A stretch of 64,000 bases of DNA from a virus. Below the pieces are notes generated by a model. The model ran no database searches and had not been told where the DNA came from. It saw only the letters and a list, made by a program, of their open reading frames with translations. This document shows positions 38,801-47,930 of the stretch, in pieces; positions within the stretch are counted from its first letter, which is position 1; each line of letters starts with the position of its first letter. The stretch is from positions 73,578-137,577 of the IMG/VR virus record IMGVR_UViG_3300025154_000052, one strand, 5' to 3'. A program made the position numbers and the translations under genes.

Positions 38801-39058
38801 CTACTTCTTGTGAGGGGTCTTCTCCATCAGCGCATCGACGATCTGTTCTAGTAGCGTTTGTGGTGGCTGGATCTGCTTCTGAACCTTCTCTCCCTTACCC
38901 TTCTGCATCTGCCAGTGCTGCTGAATGGCGGCCTTGATCGACTCAATGATCATGCCACCAGCATAAGCCTCCTGAGAAACCAAACATCCTGCCAGAATTA
39001 CGGACACAGCGATTCTTTTCATTACGACCTCGGTAGTTGGGGTTTTATACAGCCCCAC
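38801..39058 (-). CDS. small exported protein
   Basis: MKRIAVSVILAGCLVSQEAYA signal-like segment; start likely ~39022. Confidence 0.55.
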   Translation of the reverse strand: MGLYKTPTTEVVMKRIAVSVILAGCLVSQEAYAGGMIIESIKAAIQQHWQMQKGKGEKVQKQIQPPQTLLEQIVDALMEKTPHKK

Positions 39059-39092
39059 TCAGCAATACTCGCCCAGCTCCGCAGTGGAGATA

Positions 39093-39839
39093 CTAGTCGC
39101 TTTTCTTGTCTACTGCAAGTCCTAACACAACCGACACGGTTGTGTTGCCATGGTTAGCCATTGCTGCCTTGCTGTAACGTCGGGTCTCAACGCGAAGCCG
39201 ATGAATCAGATCGCGCCCTACATCGTCGGGGACCTCTGCTGTCATCGTCAACAGGTGCCCGGTGCTGTCCTGGCGTTCAATAGCTGGGATTACATGGCCA
39301 AACAAGGCATCGAGCGCCACCTTGACATGCTGGCCGATGTCGCCCAACTGTCGAGCTTCGTACTCGGGGACGTTGTCACCCAGGCGGTAGCCACCATTCG
39401 ACTCGACCACGACGGACTTGATCCGCATGGCCAGTAGTGCGGCATGTAAGGTCTGCTCGCTCAGCGCCGGAAGTGCCGCTCGTAGTTCGTCAAAAGTGAC
39501 CGCCCGGGGAATGTACTCGAGCAGCACCTTGGTAATCTGCCAGATAGGAGCCTGCGTGCCCAGACTCGCGAGTAGTGCCAGTTCGCCAAGACCGAATTCC
39601 TCGATAATTGCGTGATGATCAACATCCGGGCATTTCTTCCTTGGCTCGACTCCCGTTGTCAGGTAGTCTAGTGACACATCCAACGCATCGGCAATCCTGA
39701 GTGCGACATCCAGTCCCGGAGTTGCCCCTTGGGAATATTTCGTCAGTGCAGATGGGCTGATATGCACTGACCTGGCGAGATCACGCGACGAAAGCCCTTT
39801 CTCTTTAAGTAGTTGCGCCAGAACTTCCTTAAACTTCAT
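39093..39839 (-). CDS. XRE-family repressor with extended C-terminus
   Basis: KGLSSRDLARSVHISPSALTKYSQGATPGLDVALRIADALDVSLDYL. Confidence 0.88.
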   Translation of the reverse strand: MKFKEVLAQLLKEKGLSSRDLARSVHISPSALTKYSQGATPGLDVALRIADALDVSLDYLTTGVEPRKKCPDVDHHAIIEEFGLGELALLASLGTQAPIWQITKVLLEYIPRAVTFDELRAALPALSEQTLHAALLAMRIKSVVVESNGGYRLGDNVPEYEARQLGDIGQHVKVALDALFGHVIPAIERQDSTGHLLTMTAEVPDDVGRDLIHRLRVETRRYSKAAMANHGNTTVSVVLGLAVDKKSD

Positions 39840-39857
39840 GCCGCCCTCAAAAATACA

Positions 39858-39959
39858 TTGACAGGGTTGTCCGCTGCGACTAGAGTGAACTCAACAGCTT
39901 GCTTGTTTACTATAGTAAATCGTTTACAGCAGTATAGCAGCTTTCCCAGTAGGCGACAA
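39858..39959. promoter_or_regulatory. face-to-face promoters with central palindrome
   Basis: + TTGACA-N17-TAGAGT (39858-39886); - TTGTCG-N17-TATACT (39959-39931); TTTACTATAGTAAA (39906-39919). Confidence 0.65.
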
Positions 39960-40211
39960 ATGCAGATTTTATTTGCTGACGGTGTTTCCTTTCAAGGCTC
40001 CCCTATCGACATCGTGTCCCAGATGCGTGACACGATGTTCACGCGGTCGGACCTCCCGACAATGCCTCTCGGGGACTTCATTGACTGGCTGCGCGGCGAG
40101 TTGAAAACCAGTCTCGGTGTGTTACTCGACGTGCCACCGGGCAACGATAAATACAGATGTGTTGTGCTGCTGCGACGACTGTTGGATGCCGAAGTAATCA
40201 AGGAGGATTGA
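39960..40211 (+). CDS. hypothetical protein
   Basis: Probable start MQILFADG. Confidence 0.55.
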   Translation: MQILFADGVSFQGSPIDIVSQMRDTMFTRSDLPTMPLGDFIDWLRGELKTSLGVLLDVPPGNDKYRCVVLLRRLLDAEVIKED

Positions 40212-40213
40212 AC

Positions 40214-40465
40214 ATGGGACACGTTTGCTGTAAACATTGCGGGTGCACGGATGACGATCCGTGCACCATGGAGTTTGACACCCGGGAGGAGATGAGAGAG
40301 TTCTGCTCCGGGTTGAACATCAGTCCCGTGGAGACGGAGCGGCATATCCGTGTCGCGTTCGACCACGCGCCGGCCGGATTCAGTCCTTGCTGGTGGGCCG
40401 GAGATGTGTGCAGCAAGTGCGCTGCTCATCTGCACGTAGCCATTCCCGAAGCTTCTGCCGCTTAA
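40214..40465 (+). CDS. Cys-rich hypothetical protein
   Basis: AGGAGG RBS; CCKHCGCTDDDPC...CWW...CSKC. Confidence 0.7.
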   Translation: MGHVCCKHCGCTDDDPCTMEFDTREEMREFCSGLNISPVETERHIRVAFDHAPAGFSPCWWAGDVCSKCAAHLHVAIPEASAA

Positions 40466-40593
40466 ACCTGCCCTTCATTAAAATACCAGTTGACTCTTTC
40501 TATTCCGCATGACATTCTATTACATACCGTCAAGACGTAATGACGTTCTCAGTATCTCCTTGTGTGGTGATGTCTTGACGGGTCTTTTTCGGA

Positions 40594-41349
40594 GTGTGCA
40601 TGCGGAAGCAGGTAGGGCGGTGGAACGAAAAAGCTGAGTTGATACAAGGTCCGCCCGTGGGCGCTCCCCTCACGCCATTCTCAGGCCAACATGTCTGGCG
40701 TGACATGTTCCGCTACTACTCCTTACCTGATGGTCACCAGTTCGCAGGCGTGACTACCATCCTGGCCGCAACAAAGACTCCTCGGGACAAAGCAAAACTC
40801 GATGAGTGGCGTAAGCGTGTTGGCGAGTTCGAAGCCAACCTTATCAGCCACCGGGCGACTGATCGCGGGACGGGGATGCATGCCGCTGCTGAGGCGAGAC
40901 TCACAACTCAACCCGTCGTCATCGCTGACGTGGCTGCTCCCTACTGGGAGTCGATCCAACACGTCTTCCCGATGATTATTCGTCCCTACCTTGTCGAGGG
41001 CGTCGTCTGGCACCCTTACGGGTTTGCCGGTAGCACCGACCTTGTTGCTCATGTCGAGTGGCCCGGGATTGTCGGCGGTGTGCCAGTTGTGCTCGACTGG
41101 AAGACGTCGGACAAGGTGAAGAAGGAAGGCTTCCTGGATGACTATCGGTGTCAGACGGCGGGCTACTGTGCGGCTGTGAACCGGTTATACGGTCATCCAT
41201 ACGGTGGTATCAAACACGGCATGATCGTGATCGCCGTCCCTGGCCAGGAAGCCCAGATCATCCGGTTGGCTCCCTGGGAGATGAAACACTACTGGGACCT
41301 GTTTAAAAAACGAGTCGCCAAATTTCACCAGATGATGAGGGAAGTATGA
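40594..41349 (+). CDS. PD-(D/E)xK exonuclease
   Basis: GVTTIL...LDEWRKRVG...RGTGMH...GSTDLV...VLDWKTS...QTAGY; start may be 40705. Confidence 0.85.
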   Translation: MCMRKQVGRWNEKAELIQGPPVGAPLTPFSGQHVWRDMFRYYSLPDGHQFAGVTTILAATKTPRDKAKLDEWRKRVGEFEANLISHRATDRGTGMHAAAEARLTTQPVVIADVAAPYWESIQHVFPMIIRPYLVEGVVWHPYGFAGSTDLVAHVEWPGIVGGVPVVLDWKTSDKVKKEGFLDDYRCQTAGYCAAVNRLYGHPYGGIKHGMIVIAVPGQEAQIIRLAPWEMKHYWDLFKKRVAKFHQMMREV

Positions 41350-41724
41350 CGTCGCTGTTGTTACTACACGGGCTGTTTCCGTGCTGGCTCGAGATTCAGC
41401 CGATTCTTGTCCTGCTTCCGTACATCGGGACGGTGGTTCTCATGGCTCGAGCGCTATGGATGCGGGTCCGGAGGTGGTGGTGAAGCGGCTTGATCTGGGG
41501 ACGAATCCGATACGTGATGGAGCCGTTGTCGACGTCGTTTCTAAGTATTCATGCTTCGGCGGATGCTCGAAGACGTGGGCCGAAAACGATGGTGGCTGGC
41601 TCTGTTTTGAATCTGACGAGACCGGTGGCGCTCAACTCCGACCCGCTTGGTATTGCGACGAGTGCAACGGGAAACGCAGTGATGGCGGACTGAAAGCCGA
41701 CACTGGCAACTGAGGAGCATAACT

Positions 41725-42720
41725 ATGCACGGCATCGAGTATTTGAACCATCAGACTCACCCCGACACCGGCGCCGTACTCAAAGGCGAGACATGGAACG
41801 TCGGGTATGGATGCAGGGGATGCGAACAGGGTCGGAACTGCTGGGCGCTGGGGCAGATTCCGAGGCAAGCGAAGAACACCCCGGGCTCCCGGGAAACATG
41901 GGCACCGGACGGCGCAAACCGGATTACATGGACCGGAGAATGGCTGAGTCTTCCCGAACGACTCCAACAACCCTTGTGCTGGCGAGATCCGCGCATGATC
42001 GCGGTGCAGTTCATGGGTGACATCAGTCTGGCGCCGCCTGAATACTTCGCCGCCGTCATGGGAGTCATCGCCGCCACGCCTCAGCACATGTGCCTGATGC
42101 TGACCAAGTGGCCGGATGTGCTCCGGGAGCGGTTCGAGTGGATAGCACAAATCGGCGTACCTCTGGCGGACTGCTTTCGTCATCTCGACAACCATGGGAT
42201 AGCAGCCACATTCCCTGACAATCCACGATGGCCCCTGCCCAACCTCATCCTCGGCGCCAGTGCATCGACGCAGGATCTGCTCGAGCGACGATGGCAGGAC
42301 CTCGCACAGATCCCGGCTCGGTGGCGCGTCGTCAGCCTGACTCCGAAGGAGGGGTTAGATCTGTCGGTATGTCGCTATGAGATACCGACACCGAAGGATT
42401 TCCCGTGGGCGAGAGGTTGCTATGGCTTCAAAAAGCCCAACCTTGTCATCTTCGACGGCTCGAACGGACGCGGGGCATGGCCCACGGATCTGTCGTGGGT
42501 CCGGTCGCTCCGGGACCAGTGCCGGGAGTTGGGCATCGGGTTCCGGCTGAAGCAGGTGGGGAGTAAGCCGTTCAGTGTTGCAGACCGGATATCAGCGCAG
42601 GGCGTCACGCTGCCCAAAGGGAAGCCCAACGGCTTCTACCGATTCCTGAATGACCCCGCCGGCGGCGACATGTCCGAGTGGCCCGATGACCTTCAGAACT
42701 GTCGTGAATGGCTGTGGTGA
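41725..42720 (+). CDS. DUF5131 (Gp37/Gp68-like) radical-SAM-like protein
   Basis: TWNVGYGC...NCWA, W..P.MIAV..MGD, ATPQH...MLTKWP, LPNLILGAS, FRLKQVG. Confidence 0.8.
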   Translation: MHGIEYLNHQTHPDTGAVLKGETWNVGYGCRGCEQGRNCWALGQIPRQAKNTPGSRETWAPDGANRITWTGEWLSLPERLQQPLCWRDPRMIAVQFMGDISLAPPEYFAAVMGVIAATPQHMCLMLTKWPDVLRERFEWIAQIGVPLADCFRHLDNHGIAATFPDNPRWPLPNLILGASASTQDLLERRWQDLAQIPARWRVVSLTPKEGLDLSVCRYEIPTPKDFPWARGCYGFKKPNLVIFDGSNGRGAWPTDLSWVRSLRDQCRELGIGFRLKQVGSKPFSVADRISAQGVTLPKGKPNGFYRFLNDPAGGDMSEWPDDLQNCREWLW

Positions 42721-42728
42721 GGTGACTC

Positions 42729-43109
42729 ATGGCATGCGCGTGTATCTATGTAGACACAGATAACTGTTCACCTACGGTCCATCGTGTCTCATTCCGTTGC
42801 GCCAAGAAGCAGTATCGCTGTGGTGAGTGTGGCGGGACGATCAATCCCGGTGACCAGTACGAGTATGTGTTCGGCATATGGGGTGGAAGTCCAGACTATC
42901 ACCGGACGTGCCTTGTCTGTCGTGAGATCAGAGATACACTGCTCTGTACCTGGATTTACACGGAGATGTGGGAAACTCTTATGAACCACTGGATCGAGAA
43001 TCCATCGTCCATACCGTGGTCTGACATTGGCGGGCTTTCCATTCCTGCTCGCGAGCGTGTCTGCGCTCAGATCGAAGAGTTGTGGGAAGACGAAGAAGAC
43101 GACGATTGA
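42729..43109 (+). CDS. Zn-finger hypothetical protein
   Basis: CGECGGTI.PG..Y...CLVC. Confidence 0.7.
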   Translation: MACACIYVDTDNCSPTVHRVSFRCAKKQYRCGECGGTINPGDQYEYVFGIWGGSPDYHRTCLVCREIRDTLLCTWIYTEMWETLMNHWIENPSSIPWSDIGGLSIPARERVCAQIEELWEDEEDDD

Positions 43110-43119
43110 GAGGTGACTC

Positions 43120-43428
43120 ATGGCCTTCGACTGTCAACATTCCTTCTGCCTCGTCTGCCCCTTCATGGTGGACAGGGCCTGCACCGCTCCTGAGACATGG
43201 ATCGAGATCAATGCCGGTTCGGATGTGGCTCGAGCCATGGGAGAACCAGAAGGCTACTCGTGTCCGAAAGAGGAGATGGCAGAACGTCAGGCACGGTATG
43301 AAGAGTGGCTTGAGGCGCGAAAGCTTAGCTACTATGCTCGGGACCATTCGGACTTCTCTGTGTACGAGGCGCGACGTGAAGCAATTAAGGCGGGTGCATA
43401 CGGCCTGGTGCTGGAGGATCTGAGTTGA
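43120..43428 (+). CDS. hypothetical protein
   Basis: GAGGT RBS, Cys cluster. Confidence 0.65.
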   Translation: MAFDCQHSFCLVCPFMVDRACTAPETWIEINAGSDVARAMGEPEGYSCPKEEMAERQARYEEWLEARKLSYYARDHSDFSVYEARREAIKAGAYGLVLEDLS

Positions 43429-43739
43429 GTGGTGCAAAGATAGAGAACATGCTTCACCGACTACGGGCGGCCGGGTTCGTTCTGGAGCACCATGGCGCTC
43501 TAGGATACGTTGTCATCTACGAGCACAATCGTTTTGAGTCGGGCTCGACATTCTATGATCACATCTCTGCGCAACTTAACACGGATGGTGAGATCGAGAT
43601 GGATGTCTGGGTGGATCTGGTTCTTGACGACGGGAAGGAATACCTTGGGCGAGTATTCCTCTGGGAATTGGCGTATCCGCCATGGCCTGAGTGGGTACGA
43701 AGAGCGGCTGGTGCGCTGGCTGTCTGCGGGTGGGAGTGA
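43425..43739 (+). CDS. hypothetical protein
   Basis: Coupled in-operon ORF. Confidence 0.55.
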   Translation: MSGAKIENMLHRLRAAGFVLEHHGALGYVVIYEHNRFESGSTFYDHISAQLNTDGEIEMDVWVDLVLDDGKEYLGRVFLWELAYPPWPEWVRRAAGALAVCGWE

Positions 43740-44028
43740 TGATGTTCAAACGACTGTTCAAATGGCGACCTCGTTTCTACACGATGAACGTGTGGAAAGC
43801 ATCGAACGCACGCCCAGTCTTTCCTGCTCTGATGTGGTCACCCGGTGGCTTCTGGGTGGAGAACAAGACACGACTTGTGCGGACGCCTTCCGTCCATCTT
43901 TGCTGGCTCTGGCGGGGATGCGGGGTCTGGCTCGAGGACCCGGAAGGTATGAAGGCGTGGAGTTGTGAGATGGCCGAGTTCCAGAGACAACTTCGTGACC
44001 GATACGGCTTCAAAGATATGGGTGCATA

Positions 44029-44496
44029 GTGGCCTGGCATCCGCATCTAAGCCTTGAAGTACAGGCCATGTTCCGTTCACTCTCTGGTCGTGCTGATGAA
44101 CAGTACGAGGTCTATGTCCAGGCACGTCGAGAGGCAAGACGAGAGCAATTTCGCCGATGGTATTGGCTTCACTCTAGAGAGCCGAGAGAGGTCCTGGCTA
44201 CGTCTATCCACAATCAGACCATGTGTCAAGCCAGGAAAACGGACTCCGTCAAGTGGGAGGCTCACAAGGCCGATTCCAGACGGCGACATCGTGACAAGCA
44301 GAGTCAGGTAGTGGCTGAGCGGGGCGTCGAGCGTCGTACATGCCCGACCTGCAATGAATCGTATGTGGTGGACCCACGATCGAACGGGCGCGGACGTCGA
44401 GTGTACTGCACATCGAAGTGCAGGTTGAAGGCGAACAATAACAAGGCATACGCAAAGGTAAAGGCGAAGCGTCTAGCACTGGAGCGTGAACCATGA
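44029..44496 (+). CDS. hypothetical protein with C-terminal treble-clef-like Zn finger
   Basis: CPTC...YCTSKCR. Confidence 0.6.
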   Translation: MAWHPHLSLEVQAMFRSLSGRADEQYEVYVQARREARREQFRRWYWLHSREPREVLATSIHNQTMCQARKTDSVKWEAHKADSRRRHRDKQSQVVAERGVERRTCPTCNESYVVDPRSNGRGRRVYCTSKCRLKANNNKAYAKVKAKRLALEREP

Positions 44497-44876
44497 TTCG
44501 TCTTGCTCACTATGCAGTAGCGAAGCAGTATTCTCGCCCATGGATCGCCATCTCGAACGGCGTTCCGAAATGGATCGACGTAGACGAACACCGCAGGGAC
44601 CTTGCGCCTGAGTGGTCGGACGTTGAAGCGGCGAAGTCTGGACGTATGACAATACACGAGTTCACGCGTCGGTATTGGGCGCAGTTGAATGCGCTCTATG
44701 CGTTCGGCGGCATGTCACTGGAATTGCCCGACGACTGCACGCTGTTCTGCTGGGAAAAGCCTGTCGAGTTCTGCCATCGGAGGATTCTCGCGGCATTTCT
44801 GGTGCGTCATGGTGTCGATGTGGAGTTGGACGGGCAGCCGGTTGGCAGCGACTTTCGGATCGGTGCTGGAATATGA
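44493..44876 (+). CDS. DUF488-family protein
   Basis: DLAPEW...FTRRYWAQL...TLFCWEKPVEFCHRRILAAFL. Confidence 0.75.
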   Translation: MIRLAHYAVAKQYSRPWIAISNGVPKWIDVDEHRRDLAPEWSDVEAAKSGRMTIHEFTRRYWAQLNALYAFGGMSLELPDDCTLFCWEKPVEFCHRRILAAFLVRHGVDVELDGQPVGSDFRIGAGI

Positions 44877-45880
44877 CACGCCCTACTCGCTTCATTGAAC
44901 TCTGTGGGGCCTCTCTCTGCACAACTCTCCGGTTGGGATGGGAGGTCCACAAGATCACCATTCCGATGTGGGGGAGTAAGTTCAACTTCTTGGACGCGCT
45001 TCTTCCTGCTATGCGGGTTACGCCGGGGATGGGCGCTGACTCTTATCTGGCCGTTGAACCGGGACCGTATGGCGAGTTCTGGCAGGTTGTAAAAAACCAC
45101 GACGACAGGGCAGCACTGGTATCGTGCCTCAAGTCGTGGCAGGACACCGATCCTTCTACTCTATGGGAGAGAATTGCAAAGTCGCCCGTTCCAGATGGGA
45201 TTCTCGGACGTGTCTGCCACTGGTCCACACTGCAATTCTGGGGCTACGGTCGGAAAATCATTTATCCCGTGTGTGTCGCAGGCACTGCTCGAGATGGCCT
45301 TATCCAGACACATACTGGACACGCCCGGCGCTGGAAGACGCACGGCATGGATCAGACGGCGCCCTACAACCGGGAATACCGGGAGAAACGCGGTGAAGGG
45401 GTAGGCCGGCGCAACGTCCGTCTTCCAGATCTGATCGAGCGCATTGAAGCACTTCCGGAACTGTCATCACTGACTGTACTCCATTGCTCAGCGCTGGAAG
45501 TAGATCCTACCGTGTGGGGCGGGCCCGGTGTGCTGGTCCTGATTGACCCACCCTACGAGGGGACTGAGGGCTATGGAGAGTACGTCTTCTCGCGGGCGGA
45601 CGTCGTCAGGGTGGCTCGAGTCTGGGCCACTACTGGCGCTCGAGTCGTCATCTGCGAGGCTGAACCGATCACCATGGGGACTGGCTGGCAGTATGTCGAG
45701 ATCACTCAATACCTGAAGGGCAGAGGGCGGACAAACGGCTGCCGTGAATGGCTCACGATGAACTTCGCTCCCGGCGACTTACCGACACACCCAGCCGATA
45801 ATCGTTCGCGATCAGATACCAGACGACGCCGAACACAGCCAGCGTGCTCAACGCCTGAAGCACGTATCCGGCTGCTTTGA
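44873..45880 (+). CDS. divergent Dam-like adenine methyltransferase
   Basis: FIELCGAS, PMWGSK, LIDPPYEGT, REWLTMNF; ATGA overlap with the upstream gene. Confidence 0.7.
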   Translation: MTRPTRFIELCGASLCTTLRLGWEVHKITIPMWGSKFNFLDALLPAMRVTPGMGADSYLAVEPGPYGEFWQVVKNHDDRAALVSCLKSWQDTDPSTLWERIAKSPVPDGILGRVCHWSTLQFWGYGRKIIYPVCVAGTARDGLIQTHTGHARRWKTHGMDQTAPYNREYREKRGEGVGRRNVRLPDLIERIEALPELSSLTVLHCSALEVDPTVWGGPGVLVLIDPPYEGTEGYGEYVFSRADVVRVARVWATTGARVVICEAEPITMGTGWQYVEITQYLKGRGRTNGCREWLTMNFAPGDLPTHPADNRSRSDTRRRRTQPACSTPEARIRLL

Positions 45881-46055
45881 CCGGATCGACGAACAAACTG
45901 AACAGCGCCGGCCCGATCAGGTTCTTCTGTGCTTCAGGAACGCGCTCCTTCAGCAGATCGAAAAACAGTGGGCGGTGCTCGGCACATTCGGCCAGGGACA
46001 AGCCACAAGGGCAGGTAACGGACACGAGTTCAATCTTCACTTCACTGGGACGCAT
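45753..46055 (-). CDS. small antisense membrane protein
   Basis: GGAGGAG RBS, CPC motif, hydrophobic C-terminal helix. Confidence 0.6.
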   Translation of the reverse strand: MRPSEVKIELVSVTCPCGLSLAECAEHRPLFFDLLKERVPEAQKNLIGPALFSLFVDPVKAAGYVLQALSTLAVFGVVWYLIANDYRLGVSVSRRERSSS

Positions 46056-46079
46056 AGTCTCCTCCAAGGATTTGGTGGC

Positions 46080-46991
46080 ATGGTAGCAGCGATTACGGTT
46101 AGTGGCAAAAATGGGCTTGAGCCGCGGCCGTTCCTTCGGTGGGCGGGTGGTAAGGACCAACTACTCGAGCCGATCCTGAGTCTCGTCCCGAAGCGGTTCA
46201 ACGCCTACCATGAGCCATTCATCGGTGGAGGTGCTGTCTACTTCGCCATGGTCCGGGAGAGACGGATCAAAGGAGCTGCTTATCTGTCCGACCTGAACCA
46301 TAGGCTGGTCACCTGCTATCGAATGGTCCGTAGCCGACCACAAGATGTGATCGATGAACTCGAGCGACTCATGCAGGAGCGAACGCTGGAGGGCTATCTG
46401 CGAGCTCGTACAGAGTTCAATCGTGGAGTACGCGAGAGACGGTCAGGTGTGTTTGGGCTGTTCACCGACTCAACGCCACCCAGCCCGATAAGGCTTGCGG
46501 CCCTGTTCGTCTTCCTGAACCGGATATGCTTCAACGGGCTGTTCCGGGAGAACCAGAAGGGAGAGTTCAACGTCAGCTTCGATCCATCCAAGGTGACGGC
46601 TGATGTGGTGCGTGGAGATGTCCTCCTGGCCGCGTCATCGTCGCTCCAGGGTGCTGAAATACTCGAGGCCGACTTCCTTTCCAGTACATCTCTGGCCCGA
46701 GCCGGTGACTTCATCTTCTTCGACCCACCCTACGTTCCTGTCTCTGTGACCGCCTCGTTCGACCAGTACACGGCTGATGGATTCGGAATGGATCACCAGG
46801 CAAGTCTGGCTGAAGCATGCCAAGACCTGGCGAAGCGCTCTATCAACTTCCTCCTATGCAACAGCGCTCACCCTGCCGTGCTCGAGTTGTACAAGGGCTT
46901 TGAGATCTCCCACGTCCGCGCCATCCGTTCCGTCAACTGCAAGGGCACCGGGCGTGGAGCCGTCGACGAAGTCCTGATCAGGAATTATTGA
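46080..46991 (+). CDS. dam: Dam-family (D12 class) DNA adenine methyltransferase
   Basis: PFLRWAGGK, HEPFIGGGAV, LSDLN, FLNRICFNGLFREN.KG.FNV, FDPPY. Confidence 0.9.
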   Translation: MVAAITVSGKNGLEPRPFLRWAGGKDQLLEPILSLVPKRFNAYHEPFIGGGAVYFAMVRERRIKGAAYLSDLNHRLVTCYRMVRSRPQDVIDELERLMQERTLEGYLRARTEFNRGVRERRSGVFGLFTDSTPPSPIRLAALFVFLNRICFNGLFRENQKGEFNVSFDPSKVTADVVRGDVLLAASSSLQGAEILEADFLSSTSLARAGDFIFFDPPYVPVSVTASFDQYTADGFGMDHQASLAEACQDLAKRSINFLLCNSAHPAVLELYKGFEISHVRAIRSVNCKGTGRGAVDEVLIRNY

Positions 46992-47089
46992 CCTAAACAC
47001 AGAAACATTAAAATAATAGTTGACAGCTACGCTAACGAACATTATAAATTGAGTCATTGAATGTTCATCACACACTAGGAGCAAACATC

Positions 47090-47338
47090 ATGTTGACTCA
47101 ATCCGGTCTTCCCGTCGTTGGTTCCACCTGGATTCATGGCGCCATGTCCGTTCACGTCGTTGAGGTTGCCCAGTGCGTTCGCCCCATCGTGCGCGTCGTC
47201 ACCGACGACGACGTCAAGGGGACCATCTCTCTGGACAACTTCAGCAGGCACTTCCACCCGGCTGGGTCGAGTCTGTCCGAGCGCCTGTCCGTCGCACTCC
47301 ACACGATCGCTGCTGCCCTGATTCCCGCTCTCTCCTGA
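47090..47338 (+). CDS. hypothetical protein
   Basis: AGGAG RBS; promoter TTGACA at 47020. Confidence 0.65.
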   Translation: MLTQSGLPVVGSTWIHGAMSVHVVEVAQCVRPIVRVVTDDDVKGTISLDNFSRHFHPAGSSLSERLSVALHTIAAALIPALS

Positions 47339-47399
47339 TTTTGTGATTCCCGCCCTTACAGGCTATCCTTTGCTCATACCCTTCAATGATGGAGATCGT

Positions 47400-47873
47400 A
47401 TGAGCAACACGCCTTTGGAAATAGCTATATCTGAGATCGGAATGCAGGAGGCTCCGGACGGCTCAAATCGTACCAAGTACGGAGAATGGTACGGGGAGAC
47501 TGCTGGGCAGAACTGGGATGGCCAGCCCTGGTGCGGCATGTTCGTCTCGTGGTGTTTTGACGAGGCGGGCACACCCCTTCCTGAACTTCAAGCCCCTGGA
47601 TATAACGGCTTTGCTTCCGTCGCCATCGGCCTCGAGGCGTTTCGCCAGCGCGGGTGGTTGGTCGACGACCCGGAACCCGGATACATCGCCTTCATGGATG
47701 TCCGGGGGAATGGCAAGCCCAATCATGTGGGTATCGTCGAGATGTCCAACTCATGCTGTGTCGTCACGGTGGAGGGCAACACCGCGCCTCCCAGCGGTGG
47801 TAAATCTTCGCATGTCGCGCGTCGTCTCCGCAAGAGAGCGCTCTGCCTCGGGTTCGGTCGACCGAACCTTTAA
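47400..47873 (+). CDS. CHAP-domain cell-wall hydrolase (endolysin-like)
   Basis: GQPWCGMFVSWCF, NHVGIVE, TVEGNT. Confidence 0.88.
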   Translation: MSNTPLEIAISEIGMQEAPDGSNRTKYGEWYGETAGQNWDGQPWCGMFVSWCFDEAGTPLPELQAPGYNGFASVAIGLEAFRQRGWLVDDPEPGYIAFMDVRGNGKPNHVGIVEMSNSCCVVTVEGNTAPPSGGKSSHVARRLRKRALCLGFGRPNL

Positions 47874-47880
47874 GACGAAT

Positions 47881-47924
47881 CATTAAAATAGTTGTTGACT
47901 GTATATCTAGGGTCATGGTACAGT
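47881..47924 (+). promoter_or_regulatory. promoter of the RNA island
   Basis: CATTAAAATA-N4-TTGACT-N18-TACAGT with extended -10 TG. Confidence 0.7.
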
Positions 47925-47930
47925 CTGGTA

